Shown one piece after another: positions 18,365 through 30,490 of a stretch of DNA of 64,000 bases. How positions within the stretch are numbered: position 1 is the first letter of the stretch; each line of letters opens with the position of its first letter. The position numbers were made by a program, and so were the translations under genes. Source of the DNA: a bacterium (lineage in GTDB: Bacteria; Electryoneota; RPQS01); contig JAHJDG010000009.1 of the NCBI GenBank assembly GCA_018812265.1, positions 5,042-69,041 on the forward strand, read 5' to 3'. Under the pieces are notes generated by a model, which worked only from the letters and a program-made list of their open reading frames with translations, was not told the origin of the DNA and searched no databases.

Positions 18365-19804
18365 ATGTTTGTGCTCGCAGTGGTCATCCTACTGACTCTG
18401 GCGGGATCAGCTCCAGCCCAGACCTTCAATGATTTTCTGGCCCGGCTGTACTCGCTGCCCGAATCCGAACGGCCCGCTATCGTGGACAGTTTCATGGCGG
18501 TTGTGCAGGGCTTCCCCTACCTTGAAAACGATACCGTCGCGCACTTCATCTATCGCGGCACGGCGCAGCAAGTGACCGTCCCCGGCGATGCCAATAATTG
18601 GAATCCGAATTCGTATCCGATGAATACGGTGTCGGGAACGGATTTCTGGTATCATTCCCGCGGGTTCGAGTCGGACGCGCGGCTGGACTACAAGTTCGTT
18701 TTAAACGGATCCACGTGGATTCTCGATCCTCGGAATCCGTACACGGTGGTGGGAGGATACGGTCCCAATTCGGAACTGCGGATGCCGGACTATGCGATGC
18801 CGCCCGAGATCGAGTACCGGCCGGAGATCCCGCATGGAGCTTTGCGGGACACGATGTTCTACAGCACGAATCTGGGGAATACGCGGAGAGTGCGAGTATA
18901 CACTCCCCCGGACTACAACGGATCGGAAGACTCATTCGGAATAATCCTGTTCCACGACGGGCTGGAGTATATCGCGCTGGCGAGCGCGAACAACGTGCTG
19001 GACTATCTGATTTGGCAACAGCGAATCGCACCGGTGATCGCGGTGTTCGTTCCGCCGGTCAATCGAACCGGAGAGTACGCGGGCAATCTCAAGGAAGAAT
19101 TCGGCGCTTTCATCGTGGACGAACTCATGCCGTGGGTGGACGAGGAGTTCCGGACTTTGTCGAATCTCTCTCAGCGGGCGACCTTGGGCGCATCGAACGG
19201 CGGGAATATCGCGCTGTGGCTGGGGCTTCATCACGGGGAGGTATTCGGGAGGATTGCCGCGCAGTCGAGCAACGTGGAGACCGAGATTTCGAGCGCGATT
19301 CAGAGCGGGCCCCAACTGCCGCTTGAGTTCTATCTCGATCTGGGAACCTATGATATTCCGGTGCTGATTCCACTCGTGCGGAACTTCGTTTCGATTCTCG
19401 ATGGGCGCGGGTACACGTACGAATACCACGAGTATCACGAGGGTCACAGTTGGGGGAATTGGCGAGCGCACATGGACAATGCTCTCGAGAGGTTCTTTCC
19501 GTTTCAGACGGGCACGACACCAAGCCCGCCGGCGAGCGCGCCCGGCCGAATCGAACTCGCCGTGTATCCGAATCCGTTTAACGCGGTGGCGGTGGTGCAG
19601 TTCCAGCTTCCGGTCTCCGGGCGTGTCCAGCTTGTGCTGTACAATGTGCGAGGGCAGGCGGTGAGGACGGTGACGGAAGGAGTGTTTTCGTCCGGATCAC
19701 ATCAAGTGGCCGTGGATTCCGCGGATCTTTCTACAGGGATTTACTTCCTGCGGCTTTTTGGTGCGCAGGGAAATGCGGTGCAGAAGTTGTTGCTGGTGAA
19801 GTAG
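18365..19804 (+). CDS. Secreted esterase (Esterase-D/enterochelin-esterase-like fold with an N-terminal CBM48/Ig-like domain) carrying a T9SS CTD.
   Basis: Start reset to the MFVLAVVILLTLAGSAPAQ signal peptide after AAGGAGGG. Esterase core ...GASNGGNIALWLGLHH... with the nucleophile in G-A-S-N-G. CTD YPNPFNAVAVVQF...GIYFLRLF...KLLLVK. Confidence 0.8.
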   Translation: MFVLAVVILLTLAGSAPAQTFNDFLARLYSLPESERPAIVDSFMAVVQGFPYLENDTVAHFIYRGTAQQVTVPGDANNWNPNSYPMNTVSGTDFWYHSRGFESDARLDYKFVLNGSTWILDPRNPYTVVGGYGPNSELRMPDYAMPPEIEYRPEIPHGALRDTMFYSTNLGNTRRVRVYTPPDYNGSEDSFGIILFHDGLEYIALASANNVLDYLIWQQRIAPVIAVFVPPVNRTGEYAGNLKEEFGAFIVDELMPWVDEEFRTLSNLSQRATLGASNGGNIALWLGLHHGEVFGRIAAQSSNVETEISSAIQSGPQLPLEFYLDLGTYDIPVLIPLVRNFVSILDGRGYTYEYHEYHEGHSWGNWRAHMDNALERFFPFQTGTTPSPPASAPGRIELAVYPNPFNAVAVVQFQLPVSGRVQLVLYNVRGQAVRTVTEGVFSSGSHQVAVDSADLSTGIYFLRLFGAQGNAVQKLLLVK

Positions 19805-19899
19805 CATCGGAAAGATTCCGGCGGGGTAACGCACACAAGCATCTCTGTTCGGACTATTCCTCTGTGTTTAACCCGCTCGGCGAGTAGGGATTTTAGGAA
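19805..19899 (+). promoter_or_regulatory. Copy 1 (5' portion, ~90 nt) of a leader element shared by three consecutive intergenic regions.
   Basis: GATTCCGGCGGGGTAACGC...GGACTATTCC..TTTAACCCGCTCGGCGAGTAGGGATTTTAGG aligns with the first ~95 nt of the copies at 22363 and 24208. Confidence 0.6.
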
Positions 19900-22362
19900 A
19901 TGAACATGAAGAACCTGTCTATCTTCCTGAATAAGACTATTCTACGATGCGTGCTGACGGTGGTGGTTACGGTTGTCAGCGTGTTGCCAGCGCTCGCGGG
20001 ATATGAGTTCTTGGGGAATGCGAAATCGGCGGAGACTATTCCGGGCGGAATTGCCGTGCGCTGCGACGGCGGACATACGCTGCGAATGGTTTTCGTCACA
20101 GATCACGTGCTGCGAATCACGCTCGAAAGAACGGGAGACGACGAAACGTTGCTTGACTATGCGCTGACGGATATTCCGGCGCGAGCGATTGTTCCGGTCG
20201 TTGAGGATCGCGACAGTTTGTGGATTTTACAAACGGACGAGGCGGAAGTCCACGTGAACAAGTTTCCCTGCGCGGTTGTTGTACTGGACAAGAGCGGGAA
20301 GACGGTGTGCGCGGACGAACCGGGTCTCGGCATCGGCTGGGACGGAAATGAGATCCGATGCTGGAAGACGATTGAGGCAAATGAACGATTCTTTGGATTG
20401 GGTTTGAAAGTCGGAGACGTCAACAAGCGCGGCCGCGAATGGGTGATGTGGAACAGCGACGTGCCGGCCTACGGATGGCAGAGCGATCCACTCTACGAGA
20501 GCATTCCGTTTTTTGTTGGAATCCGCGACAGCAATGCCTACGGAATCTATTTCAACAACAGCTATCGAACGCGGTTCAACATGGGGGCGGGGAATCTGCG
20601 GTATTACTCGTTCGCGGCCGAAGGTGGAGCGTTGGACTATTTCGTGATCCTCGGTCCGGAGGTTGGTAAGGTCGTGGAACGATATTCAGAACTCACGGGC
20701 CGGATGCCGATGCCGCCGCTATGGGCTTTGGGCTATCAGCAATGCCGGTGGAGCTACTACCCCGACAGCGAAGTATTGTCGCTGGCGCTGACGTTCCGGG
20801 AACGGCGAATTCCCTGCGATGCGATCTATCTCGACATTCACTACATGAACGACTACCGAGTGTTCACCTGGCATCCGAACAGATTTTCCGATCCGCGCGG
20901 TTTGTGTCAGTCGCTGCGTCGCGATGGATTCCGAATCGTGACGATCATTGATCCGGGAGTGAAGGCGGACACGAATTATCAGATTGCGCGCGAAGGTCTG
21001 GAGGGTAATCACTTCGTGCGGTATCCCGACGATCAAACATACGTCGGAGAAGTGTGGCCGGGGAAATCATACTTTCCGGATTTCAGCCGTCGAGAAACGC
21101 GAAAGTGGTGGGGAGAGTACGTGGGAGAATGGCTCGGTTATGGGGTGTCGGGAATCTGGAACGACATGAACGAGCCGGCCGTGTGGGGGCAGGCGTTCCC
21201 GACCGAAACGATCTTCAACGACGACGGCCGCATCGCATCACACAAGAAACATCACAATCTCTACGGACTGCTGATGGCACGCGCAACCTATGAAGGCGCA
21301 CGGCAATCCCAGCCGAACCAGCGTCCGTTTATCCTGACACGCGCGGGTTTTGCGGGAGTGCAGCGTTACTCCGCGGCTTGGACGGGAGACAACATTGCAG
21401 ACTGGGATCATCTGGCGCTGGGGATTCGCATGATGCAGGGAATGAGTCTGTCGGGAGTCCCGTTCGTGGGAACCGACGTGGGCGGATTCATCGGATCGCC
21501 GTCGGGCGAACTCTTCACGCGCTGGATTCAGGTGGGTTCCCTCTCCCCACTTCTCCGCACGCACTCCGAGTATCATACGGACTTGCAGGAACCGTGGTCA
21601 TATGGACGCGATCTGGAGGACATCAACCGCCGCTACATCGAGTTTCGCTATCGTCTTCTCCCCTATCTCTATTCGCTGTTCCGGGAAACGAACCGGGACG
21701 GAACACCGATCTGGCGGCCGCTCTTCTGGAACGACCAAGGAGACGTGCGAACGTTCGACGGATGGTTTCAACATCAGTTTTTCGTGGGCGAGCGGCTGCT
21801 GGCGGTTCCGGTCATTCGCGAGGGTGAAGTGTACCAGAAAGTCTATCTGCCAGAGGGGAAATGGCTGGACTGGAGTACGCATGAAGCGTATGAAGGACCG
21901 AGGGAGATCATTGTAGACGCTCCGCTCGACCGGTTGCCGTTGTTTCTGCGAGAAGGAGCGATCATTCCGATGCGGGACGTGGTGCAATACACGGGAGAGC
22001 GACCGATCTCGACGCTCTCACTGACGGTGTTTCCTTCCAATGTGCTGACTGAGTTCGAGTTGTACGAAGACGACGGAGAGACGTTCGCGTACCTGAAGGG
22101 TGGGTATCGGATCACGAACTATGCGTGTCAAAATGCGACTGATTCTGTAGTCATTTCTAAGAATATCTCTCACGACGGGTATGCTCCTGCGAAACGTGGG
22201 ACAGAAATTCTTCTTCAAGTACAATACCTACCACCTGCAGAGGTTCTACTCGATGGGCGGCCGCTGCCGGCGACATGCAGGAAGGAATACGACGCGGAGA
22301 GCCATGTGTTGACGCTTCGCTTGCAGGAAGGCGTGGTGTGGGAGAGGATTGTCGTGCGGTGA
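19900..22362 (+). CDS. Glycoside hydrolase family 31 alpha-glucosidase.
   Basis: 820 aa with a signal peptide. GH31 catalytic region GIWNDMNEPAVW (nucleophile Asp) and WTGDN. No Por CTD. Confidence 0.85.
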   Translation: MNMKNLSIFLNKTILRCVLTVVVTVVSVLPALAGYEFLGNAKSAETIPGGIAVRCDGGHTLRMVFVTDHVLRITLERTGDDETLLDYALTDIPARAIVPVVEDRDSLWILQTDEAEVHVNKFPCAVVVLDKSGKTVCADEPGLGIGWDGNEIRCWKTIEANERFFGLGLKVGDVNKRGREWVMWNSDVPAYGWQSDPLYESIPFFVGIRDSNAYGIYFNNSYRTRFNMGAGNLRYYSFAAEGGALDYFVILGPEVGKVVERYSELTGRMPMPPLWALGYQQCRWSYYPDSEVLSLALTFRERRIPCDAIYLDIHYMNDYRVFTWHPNRFSDPRGLCQSLRRDGFRIVTIIDPGVKADTNYQIAREGLEGNHFVRYPDDQTYVGEVWPGKSYFPDFSRRETRKWWGEYVGEWLGYGVSGIWNDMNEPAVWGQAFPTETIFNDDGRIASHKKHHNLYGLLMARATYEGARQSQPNQRPFILTRAGFAGVQRYSAAWTGDNIADWDHLALGIRMMQGMSLSGVPFVGTDVGGFIGSPSGELFTRWIQVGSLSPLLRTHSEYHTDLQEPWSYGRDLEDINRRYIEFRYRLLPYLYSLFRETNRDGTPIWRPLFWNDQGDVRTFDGWFQHQFFVGERLLAVPVIREGEVYQKVYLPEGKWLDWSTHEAYEGPREIIVDAPLDRLPLFLREGAIIPMRDVVQYTGERPISTLSLTVFPSNVLTEFELYEDDGETFAYLKGGYRITNYACQNATDSVVISKNISHDGYAPAKRGTEILLQVQYLPPAEVLLDGRPLPATCRKEYDAESHVLTLRLQEGVVWERIVVR

Positions 22363-22535
22363 CAGGTTCCGGCCGGATTGCGCGCGGTTACTGCGTTGTA
22401 AATGTTGGACTCTTCACGCTTAACCCGGCTCGGCAGTAGAGGGGAGATTCTGGACGCCCGCGCGCTGCTGCATAAACGACAGGTTAAACAATCGGCACGG
22501 TGCCCAGAATGACAAACGGGAGTGACTGTGGAGAG
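22363..22535 (+). promoter_or_regulatory. Copy 2 (full length, ~170 nt) of the shared leader element, upstream of the SSF symporter.
   Basis: TTCCGGCCGGATTGCGCGCGG...GCTTAACCCGGCTCGGCAGTAGAGGGGAGATTCTGGACGCCCGCGC...AGGTTAAACAATCGGC...CCCAGAATGACAA. It contains the imperfect inverted repeat ATTCTGGACGCCCGCGC / GGCACGGTGCCCAGAAT. Confidence 0.65.
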
Positions 22536-22600
22536 TCACCACCGGGAGAAGTCGGGCATTCTTTCTCTGATGGTTTTGGGATACGCTCAAGGAGACGCTC

Positions 22601-24202
<1,602 letters not shown>

Positions 24203-24207
24203 GGGAG

Positions 24208-24385
24208 CTTCCGGCCGGGTTGCGCGCGGGTTGTTGGTCGTGCGTCATTAGACATATAGCGCTTAACCCGGCTCGGCGGTGGAAGGCGATTCTGGACGCC
24301 CGCGCAGTGCCATATAAGCGATAACCTAAACAATCTGCGCGCGATGTCCAGAATGACAAGTGGAGATGTAGCAAATCAAGGAATA
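24208..24385 (+). promoter_or_regulatory. Copy 3 (full length) of the shared leader element, upstream of the GH57-clan gene.
   Basis: About 75% identical to copy 2 over ~170 nt. Inverted repeat ATTCTGGACGCC...GATGTCCAGAAT with a 9-10-bp stem. Confidence 0.65.
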
Positions 24386-24387
24386 CG

Positions 24388-27300
24388 ATGATGAGAAATG
24401 TTGCGTTGACTATGCTGATTCTGGGTGTTGCGATCGGATCTGTTGCCGCTCCGGTGCACACGACGTACATCTGGCACATGGAGCAGCCGATTTACTGGCC
24501 CGCCGCTTCCACGTGGCACGCGGGCTATCAGACGGCGTGGGAGTCCATCGTGCTGAAGGACGGCGGCGCGCCCCACCCGGAAAACGACGTGCGGGCGATT
24601 TTCTCGGTAGCCGACCGGGTGGCCGCCTATCAGTACCGACCGCGCGATGCGATACAGGCGATGACGGGAGCGGACGCGGGAGCGCAGGTGACGTACACTG
24701 GCGGATTGATCCGCAACGTGGCCAGTCTGGGAGCGGCCGGGCAGCTTGGATACACCTCCAACTGGAATCAACCGTTCATTACGGGACGCGGGTGGAATAC
24801 GAGCGGCGGCAGACCGCGACTGGAGATGACCATTATTCCCTATCACCACGCGCTGGCACCACTGGTGGATCGCGCCGTGTTGAAAAAGGAAATCCAGATC
24901 TATCAGCACGTGTATCCGCAAGTTTGGGGAAGCACGCCGCCCGCTTCGGTGGGATTCTTCCCGCCGGAGCTGGCCTCCAGCGAGCGAATCATTCCCGTGC
25001 TTGCCGAGTGCGGGATTGGTTGGTGTTTTGTCCCTTCCAATCATCTGTCACGCGCCTGCTCGAACTTTCCGTTGGTGTTGGGCACGGGCGGCGAAAACTG
25101 CGATCCGCCCAACCGGGCCGATCAGATCAATCCCTCGTCCGATCACTGGTTTTCGATGACGATCAGCCGGGGCTGCACGCCGACGGACGCCGTGCCGTTT
25201 TCGTTTCAACTCCACTGGGCGGAGCAGGTTGATCCGCAAACCGGAACTCCGGCACGGGTAATCGTCGTACCGGTGGCGATGGCGATGAGCTGGCAGGATG
25301 GATATCAAGTATACGGCGTGGGCGACGTCAACACGATTGCGCCGTGGAACGATCCGGCCCGTCCGATGCTGGTGGCCCTCGGACATGACGGCGACAACGC
25401 GTTCGGGGGCGGATACTCCTACTACATGGAGAGCGTGCCGGGCTTCACTTCGCAAGCGGTGGCACAGGGGTATGAGCCGACGACCGTTCCGGAGTATCTG
25501 GCCGATCATCCGGTGCCGACTTCGGACCTCGCGCACGTTGAAGACGGAGCCTGGATAAACGCCGACGGGGATTTCGGCAGTCCGGATTTCATCAACTGGA
25601 ACTGGCCGCCCTACAACGCGAGCGGACAATTCGACATTCCCAACGGCTGGGCGCTCGATATCCGAAACTGGGCGGTGATCACGGCGGCCACGAATCGCGT
25701 GGTGACGGCGGAAGCGGCGGCGGGCGGAAGCTCGATTGCGGCGATCCAGAATCCGACCACGACCTCGCCGGCGGCGATTGATCTGGCGTGGCACTTTCTG
25801 CTTGGATCGCTGAATTCGGGATATATGTATTACGGCTCGGCACTCGACATGGAGATGAAGCCGACGGTGGCCTGCAACATCGCGACGGACTGGGCGGATC
25901 AAGTTCTGCCGGGCGCGGGCGACCCGATTCCGCCGACGATCTGGATTTTGCAGCAGCATCCGCACAATCCGGGCGGAATCGGATTCGGATCGCTGTGGGG
26001 CTATCAGCAGACGGTGCAGCCGCGCGAGTTCTACGTATGGACGTTCATCTACGACGTTTCAGGGGTCTCTTCCGCAACGTTTTACTATCGTCTTGATGCG
26101 GACGGAATGAATCCGCTGTCATCCACGCAGAACGAGACGTTTGCGGGAGGCGGTGAAGTTTCCACGTGGCGGTCGAGGGAGATGAACCGTCGGGCATTCC
26201 CCGCCGGGAACGTATATAATGATCCGTCTATTGTGTTCGGGGAGATGCCCGACTACATCGCGGAGCAGTTCACCTACTATGTGAATGATGCCGAGATCGT
26301 GGACTCGGGCGGAGTTCTCGTAGACTACTACGTAGAAGCGATGGATTCGCTGGGGAACATCGCCCGCTCCGACATCTATCATACCTACGTGGATTCGGGG
26401 TCGGGAGGTTCGCCCGGCAATCGCGTGTGGTGGACACCCGAAGAGCCGGAAGGCGGGGAGAACGTCACGATCTATTATGATGCGGAGGCGGGGCCGCTGC
26501 CGTCGGGGACGAATCCAGTGTACATTCACATCGGGCACTCGGGATGGCAGGGGATTCTCAATCCCGATCCGCAGATGACCTACGACACCGGCGAAGAGGC
26601 TTGGCGATACACGTACTCCATTCCCTTAACGGCGACCGCGGTGGATTTCGTTTTCCAAGACGGCCTTGGTCATTGGGACAACAATAACGGCGCCGACTGG
26701 CACATCCCAACCACACCGGGCGGTTCCGGTTTCGTGATGGACGGCAGTCGCGATGGTGCCTCCGTGGTTGTGGCGGAGGCAGGCGGGATTACGCTCTGGG
26801 CAGGTTGGGACGGACGGGAATTGTACGTGGCTACGTCGCGCGTTCAGGGCACGGCCTACGATCAATTCATCTTCGTGGCTTCGCCGCCGGGAGCGATGAG
26901 ACCAGCACCGTGGGCGAAGTCAGGCCAAGTGGCGACATGGGCGGCCTATCTGGCGGAGGAAGGGAGCAACGGGTACAACGCTTGGTATGACACACAGGGG
27001 AGCGCTGTCAAAGCCGCCGGGAGCGTGCTGGAGGGAGCAGTGGACCTGACCGGAGAATTGGGGACGGTTCCGGGAGAGGTATGGCTGTGTTGCGGTAGAT
27101 ATCAGACGGCGGATGGAGGGATTTTGGCGGCTCAGGCACCGGCGGCGGTGGCTCCGGGCGGTCACATTGAGGCATCCGAATGGGTGCGATTGGTTCTGCA
27201 GCCGGACTCCCTGACAATTTCGGTGGTGGGACCGACAACCATTGAACTCCGCTGGTCTGCCGTCGTTGGTGCTACGGAATATGCCGTATTTCGGGCGGAT

Positions 27301-27405
27301 AGCCTATCCGGTAGTTTTGTTGAGGTTGGCCGAGTGTCATCCTTGTCATTTCAGGACTCGCCTGCCTCAGCAAGTGGAAAATATCAAGTAAGAGCTTGTT
27401 ATTGA
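24388..27405 (+). CDS. GH57/GH119-clan glycoside hydrolase-like enzyme (putative alpha-glucan-active) with an internal CBM25-like starch-binding domain and a C-terminal Fn3-like domain.
   Basis: GH57-like regions: YIWHMEQPIYW (region I-like), FFPPELASSE (WxxE-like nucleophile region) and LGHDGDNAFGGG (HDDGEKFG-like). CBM25-like ...VTIYYD...FVFQDGLGHWDNNNGADW. Signal peptide. Confidence 0.6.
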   Translation: MMRNVALTMLILGVAIGSVAAPVHTTYIWHMEQPIYWPAASTWHAGYQTAWESIVLKDGGAPHPENDVRAIFSVADRVAAYQYRPRDAIQAMTGADAGAQVTYTGGLIRNVASLGAAGQLGYTSNWNQPFITGRGWNTSGGRPRLEMTIIPYHHALAPLVDRAVLKKEIQIYQHVYPQVWGSTPPASVGFFPPELASSERIIPVLAECGIGWCFVPSNHLSRACSNFPLVLGTGGENCDPPNRADQINPSSDHWFSMTISRGCTPTDAVPFSFQLHWAEQVDPQTGTPARVIVVPVAMAMSWQDGYQVYGVGDVNTIAPWNDPARPMLVALGHDGDNAFGGGYSYYMESVPGFTSQAVAQGYEPTTVPEYLADHPVPTSDLAHVEDGAWINADGDFGSPDFINWNWPPYNASGQFDIPNGWALDIRNWAVITAATNRVVTAEAAAGGSSIAAIQNPTTTSPAAIDLAWHFLLGSLNSGYMYYGSALDMEMKPTVACNIATDWADQVLPGAGDPIPPTIWILQQHPHNPGGIGFGSLWGYQQTVQPREFYVWTFIYDVSGVSSATFYYRLDADGMNPLSSTQNETFAGGGEVSTWRSREMNRRAFPAGNVYNDPSIVFGEMPDYIAEQFTYYVNDAEIVDSGGVLVDYYVEAMDSLGNIARSDIYHTYVDSGSGGSPGNRVWWTPEEPEGGENVTIYYDAEAGPLPSGTNPVYIHIGHSGWQGILNPDPQMTYDTGEEAWRYTYSIPLTATAVDFVFQDGLGHWDNNNGADWHIPTTPGGSGFVMDGSRDGASVVVAEAGGITLWAGWDGRELYVATSRVQGTAYDQFIFVASPPGAMRPAPWAKSGQVATWAAYLAEEGSNGYNAWYDTQGSAVKAAGSVLEGAVDLTGELGTVPGEVWLCCGRYQTADGGILAAQAPAAVAPGGHIEASEWVRLVLQPDSLTISVVGPTTIELRWSAVVGATEYAVFRADSLSGSFVEVGRVSSLSFQDSPASASGKYQVRACY

Positions 27406-27567
27406 TAGGTTACCGGACGTAAAAGACGAGTAGATGGGCAAATTGAACGGCATTCCTGTGCAAGCCACGACGCAGGGGTTCTCCGGCTTGACCTCATGGC
27501 GAAACCGGCGGGTTCGTGCCATTGGGAAAGGGATTCAAACACAATTTGTTAGCGGGTCACTTTTCCA

Positions 27568-27595
27568 TTGACAAATTCTCAGGAATTGATAAGTT
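27568..27595 (+). promoter_or_regulatory. Candidate sigma-70-type promoter for the TonB-receptor operon.
   Basis: TTGACA-16nt-TAAGTT, about 60 nt upstream of 27658. Confidence 0.35.
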
Positions 27596-27657
27596 AATTC
27601 TATCGCAGTGCGTTCGTCGGCGGGTCTCGTTCCCGCCATGCGAAAGCAACCGATTTC

Positions 27658-30438
27658 TTGGAGTCATTGTCCATGTCCCACCGGAAATACGCCTCCTCTC
27701 TCATGGCTTTCATCATGAAGTGCATTTGGGTCGTCAGCCTGCTCGTGGCCGGCAGCGCCGTCTTTGCCGGAACGGTCGGTAAAATCGCCGGCCGGATTAC
27801 TGATGCACAAAGCGGTGATCCCGTAATCGGGGCAGCGGTGATGATCGTGGGAACGTCGCTGGGAGCAGCCACGGACTTGAAGGGCGATTTTTTCATTCTC
27901 AACGTTCCACCGGGCAAGGTAGATATCCGGGCCAGTGCTCTGGGGTATGGTACGCAGGTGATGAGCGGCATTCAAGTGATCTCGGACCAGACCGCCAATG
28001 TTGACTTCGCGTTCACCGAGGAAGCGCTGATGGGAGAAGAGGTCATCGTGTATGCCGAGCGCAAGCTGATCGAGATGGACCGGACGTTCGGAACGGCGAC
28101 GGTAGGCGCGCAGGACATTGGAGCACTGCCCGTCACCAACCTTAGTCAGGTTATTGAGATTCAAGCGGGCGTAGTGGACGGGCACTTCCGAGGCGGGCGG
28201 AGGAATGAAGTTCTTTACCTCGTGGACGGCTTGTCGGTGACGGACGCCTACGACAACTCGCAGGGCACGCAGGTGGACGACCAGATCGTCGAGGAACTGC
28301 AGGTGATTTCGGGCACATTCAACGCCGAGTACGGTCAGGCGATGTCGGGCGTGGTGAATATCGTGACCAAGGAAGGAGCGAGCGAGTACGGCGGATCGTT
28401 CAGCTCGGAATTCGGCGACTACCTTTCGAACCGTGACGACGTCTTTCTGAACATCGAAGACGTTTCGCCGCTGGCGATCCAGGACTATTCGGGCACGCTC
28501 TACGGACCGGTACCGCGTGTCGAAGGACTCTCGCTTTTCGTCAGTGGCCGTTATCAGGATGATAACGGCTGGATGTACGGGCAGAATCGTTGGAAGCCGA
28601 CGATTCAGATCGTGGAAGAAATCCTGACCACCGGCGACACCGATCCTTTCGGGGACAACAGCTATTCGCCGATGAACTACAATATTGAGAGTTGGGGTCA
28701 TGGGAAGCTCTCCTACGACGTCACCGGTAAGATCAAGCTGAATTATTCGTCGCTGTTCAGCGGCCGGACGTACAAGGACTACGCGCAAGACTGGAAGTTC
28801 GCTCCGTTCGCCACTCTTCGCCGCTACCGCACGGGGCGAACCAATTTTATCAAACTGAATCATGCCTTGACGGCGTCGGCTTTCTATGAGGTGGCCGCCG
28901 CCAACAGCTTTTCCGAATATCAGCATTATCTCTACGAAGACCCGTTCGATTCCCGCTACGTGGATCCGGCTTGGGCAGACATTGATCCGGGCTTCACGCT
29001 CAACGCCGCCGGCAATGATCTCTCGCGCTATCGGCGATGGACCAACACGAACGAAGTTCTTGGCCACATGACGTGGCAGGCCAACAAGCAGCATCTTTTC
29101 AAGTTCGGTTTCGACGTCAAGCTGCATGATCTCTTTTTCGAAGACATCAATCTGACGGACACCAGCCGGGCGGAGTTGTTCCGCATCAACGACGTCGGGA
29201 TTGACCCGTATTTCGAACCGATGATTTTGGACGTGTCATCTCCGGCGCACGACCGCTATCGCAACCATCCGTGGGAGTTTGCGCTATACGTACAGGACAA
29301 GTTTGAGGTGAAATCGCTCATCATCAACGCCGGGCTGCGGTTCGACTATTTCGAGCCGGACGGTCGCGTTCTGGCCGACGAGAAGGATCCCAACGTCTAC
29401 AATCCCCTGAGAACCGAACGAGCCGCCGATCCGCTGTCAACGCGACTCGGCTACTGGTATAAGGAGGCCACCGCCAAGTATCAGTTGTCGCCTCGGCTCG
29501 GCATCGCCTATCCGATGAGCGACCGCGGGGTGTTCCATTTTGCCTACGGTCATTTCGTGCAGCGGCCGACGTTCGAGAGGTTGTACGCCAATCCGGAGTA
29601 TGAAATGGAGTCGGGCGTGGGACTGAACACGGTGATGGGAAATCCGGACCTGAAGATGGAGGAGACCACGACGTATGAGTTTGGATTTCAGCAGGAAATC
29701 ACCGAGGACTTGGCCATCAACACCGCGCTCTTCTATCGCGATATCCGCAACCTGGTGGCAACGGATAAGATCGTCGAAACGTATTCCTCGGGAACGAAAT
29801 ATTCCCAATACGTGAACCGATCCTTCGGCGAGGTGAAGGGAATCACGCTCTCTTTCGATAAGCGCTACGCGAACAATTTCAGCTCGTTCGTGGATTATAC
29901 CTATCAAACGGCCAAGGGGGACGCTTCCGATCCGCAGTCGGCGTACAATGATCAGCGGGGGAACAATCCCCGCGAGCCGCAGCGGCAGCTGGTGCCGTTG
30001 GATTGGGATCGCCGCCACACGTTGAACGTCAGCCTTACCTATGCGACCGTCGGGCCGTCAGGCTGGGGAACCACGTTGCTTGGGAAGTACGGCAGCGGCC
30101 TGCCCTACACTCCCGAGGAGCAGGCGGGCGTGCGCACCGGTTTCGAGAATGACGGCCGCCGTCCGGATTTCTACAACCTTGATCTTTCCGTCTACAAGGA
30201 GTTTTCGCTCTCGTCGAAGTTGAAGCACAAGATCGTACTCATGCTGACCGTGCTGAACCTTCTTGACACGGACAACGAGGACAACGTATACCGCGATACG
30301 GGCCGGGCCGGCTACTCGGCGGAAGAGCGATACGCGGTGGAGGATCCTTCCTTCAACACATTGGAAGAATTCTACAACAATCCATCCCACTATTCGCGTC
30401 CGCGCATGGTGAAAGTGGGCGTCAAATACGAGTTCTGA
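27658..30438 (+). CDS. SusC-like TonB-dependent outer-membrane receptor (N-terminal carboxypeptidase-regulatory-like domain + plug + barrel).
   Basis: GRITDAQSGDPVIGAAVMIVGTSLGAATDLKGDFFIL (CarbopepD_reg). Plug EEVIVYAERK...LPVTNLSQVIEIQAGV. 926 aa. The start may be one of the internal Met (27673/27703/27715). Confidence 0.8.
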   Translation: MESLSMSHRKYASSLMAFIMKCIWVVSLLVAGSAVFAGTVGKIAGRITDAQSGDPVIGAAVMIVGTSLGAATDLKGDFFILNVPPGKVDIRASALGYGTQVMSGIQVISDQTANVDFAFTEEALMGEEVIVYAERKLIEMDRTFGTATVGAQDIGALPVTNLSQVIEIQAGVVDGHFRGGRRNEVLYLVDGLSVTDAYDNSQGTQVDDQIVEELQVISGTFNAEYGQAMSGVVNIVTKEGASEYGGSFSSEFGDYLSNRDDVFLNIEDVSPLAIQDYSGTLYGPVPRVEGLSLFVSGRYQDDNGWMYGQNRWKPTIQIVEEILTTGDTDPFGDNSYSPMNYNIESWGHGKLSYDVTGKIKLNYSSLFSGRTYKDYAQDWKFAPFATLRRYRTGRTNFIKLNHALTASAFYEVAAANSFSEYQHYLYEDPFDSRYVDPAWADIDPGFTLNAAGNDLSRYRRWTNTNEVLGHMTWQANKQHLFKFGFDVKLHDLFFEDINLTDTSRAELFRINDVGIDPYFEPMILDVSSPAHDRYRNHPWEFALYVQDKFEVKSLIINAGLRFDYFEPDGRVLADEKDPNVYNPLRTERAADPLSTRLGYWYKEATAKYQLSPRLGIAYPMSDRGVFHFAYGHFVQRPTFERLYANPEYEMESGVGLNTVMGNPDLKMEETTTYEFGFQQEITEDLAINTALFYRDIRNLVATDKIVETYSSGTKYSQYVNRSFGEVKGITLSFDKRYANNFSSFVDYTYQTAKGDASDPQSAYNDQRGNNPREPQRQLVPLDWDRRHTLNVSLTYATVGPSGWGTTLLGKYGSGLPYTPEEQAGVRTGFENDGRRPDFYNLDLSVYKEFSLSSKLKHKIVLMLTVLNLLDTDNEDNVYRDTGRAGYSAEERYAVEDPSFNTLEEFYNNPSHYSRPRMVKVGVKYEF

Positions 30439-30490
30439 CGATCTGATTTTCCACCCGTTCTCCGATTTCTAACGTTATCATCTCTACTCG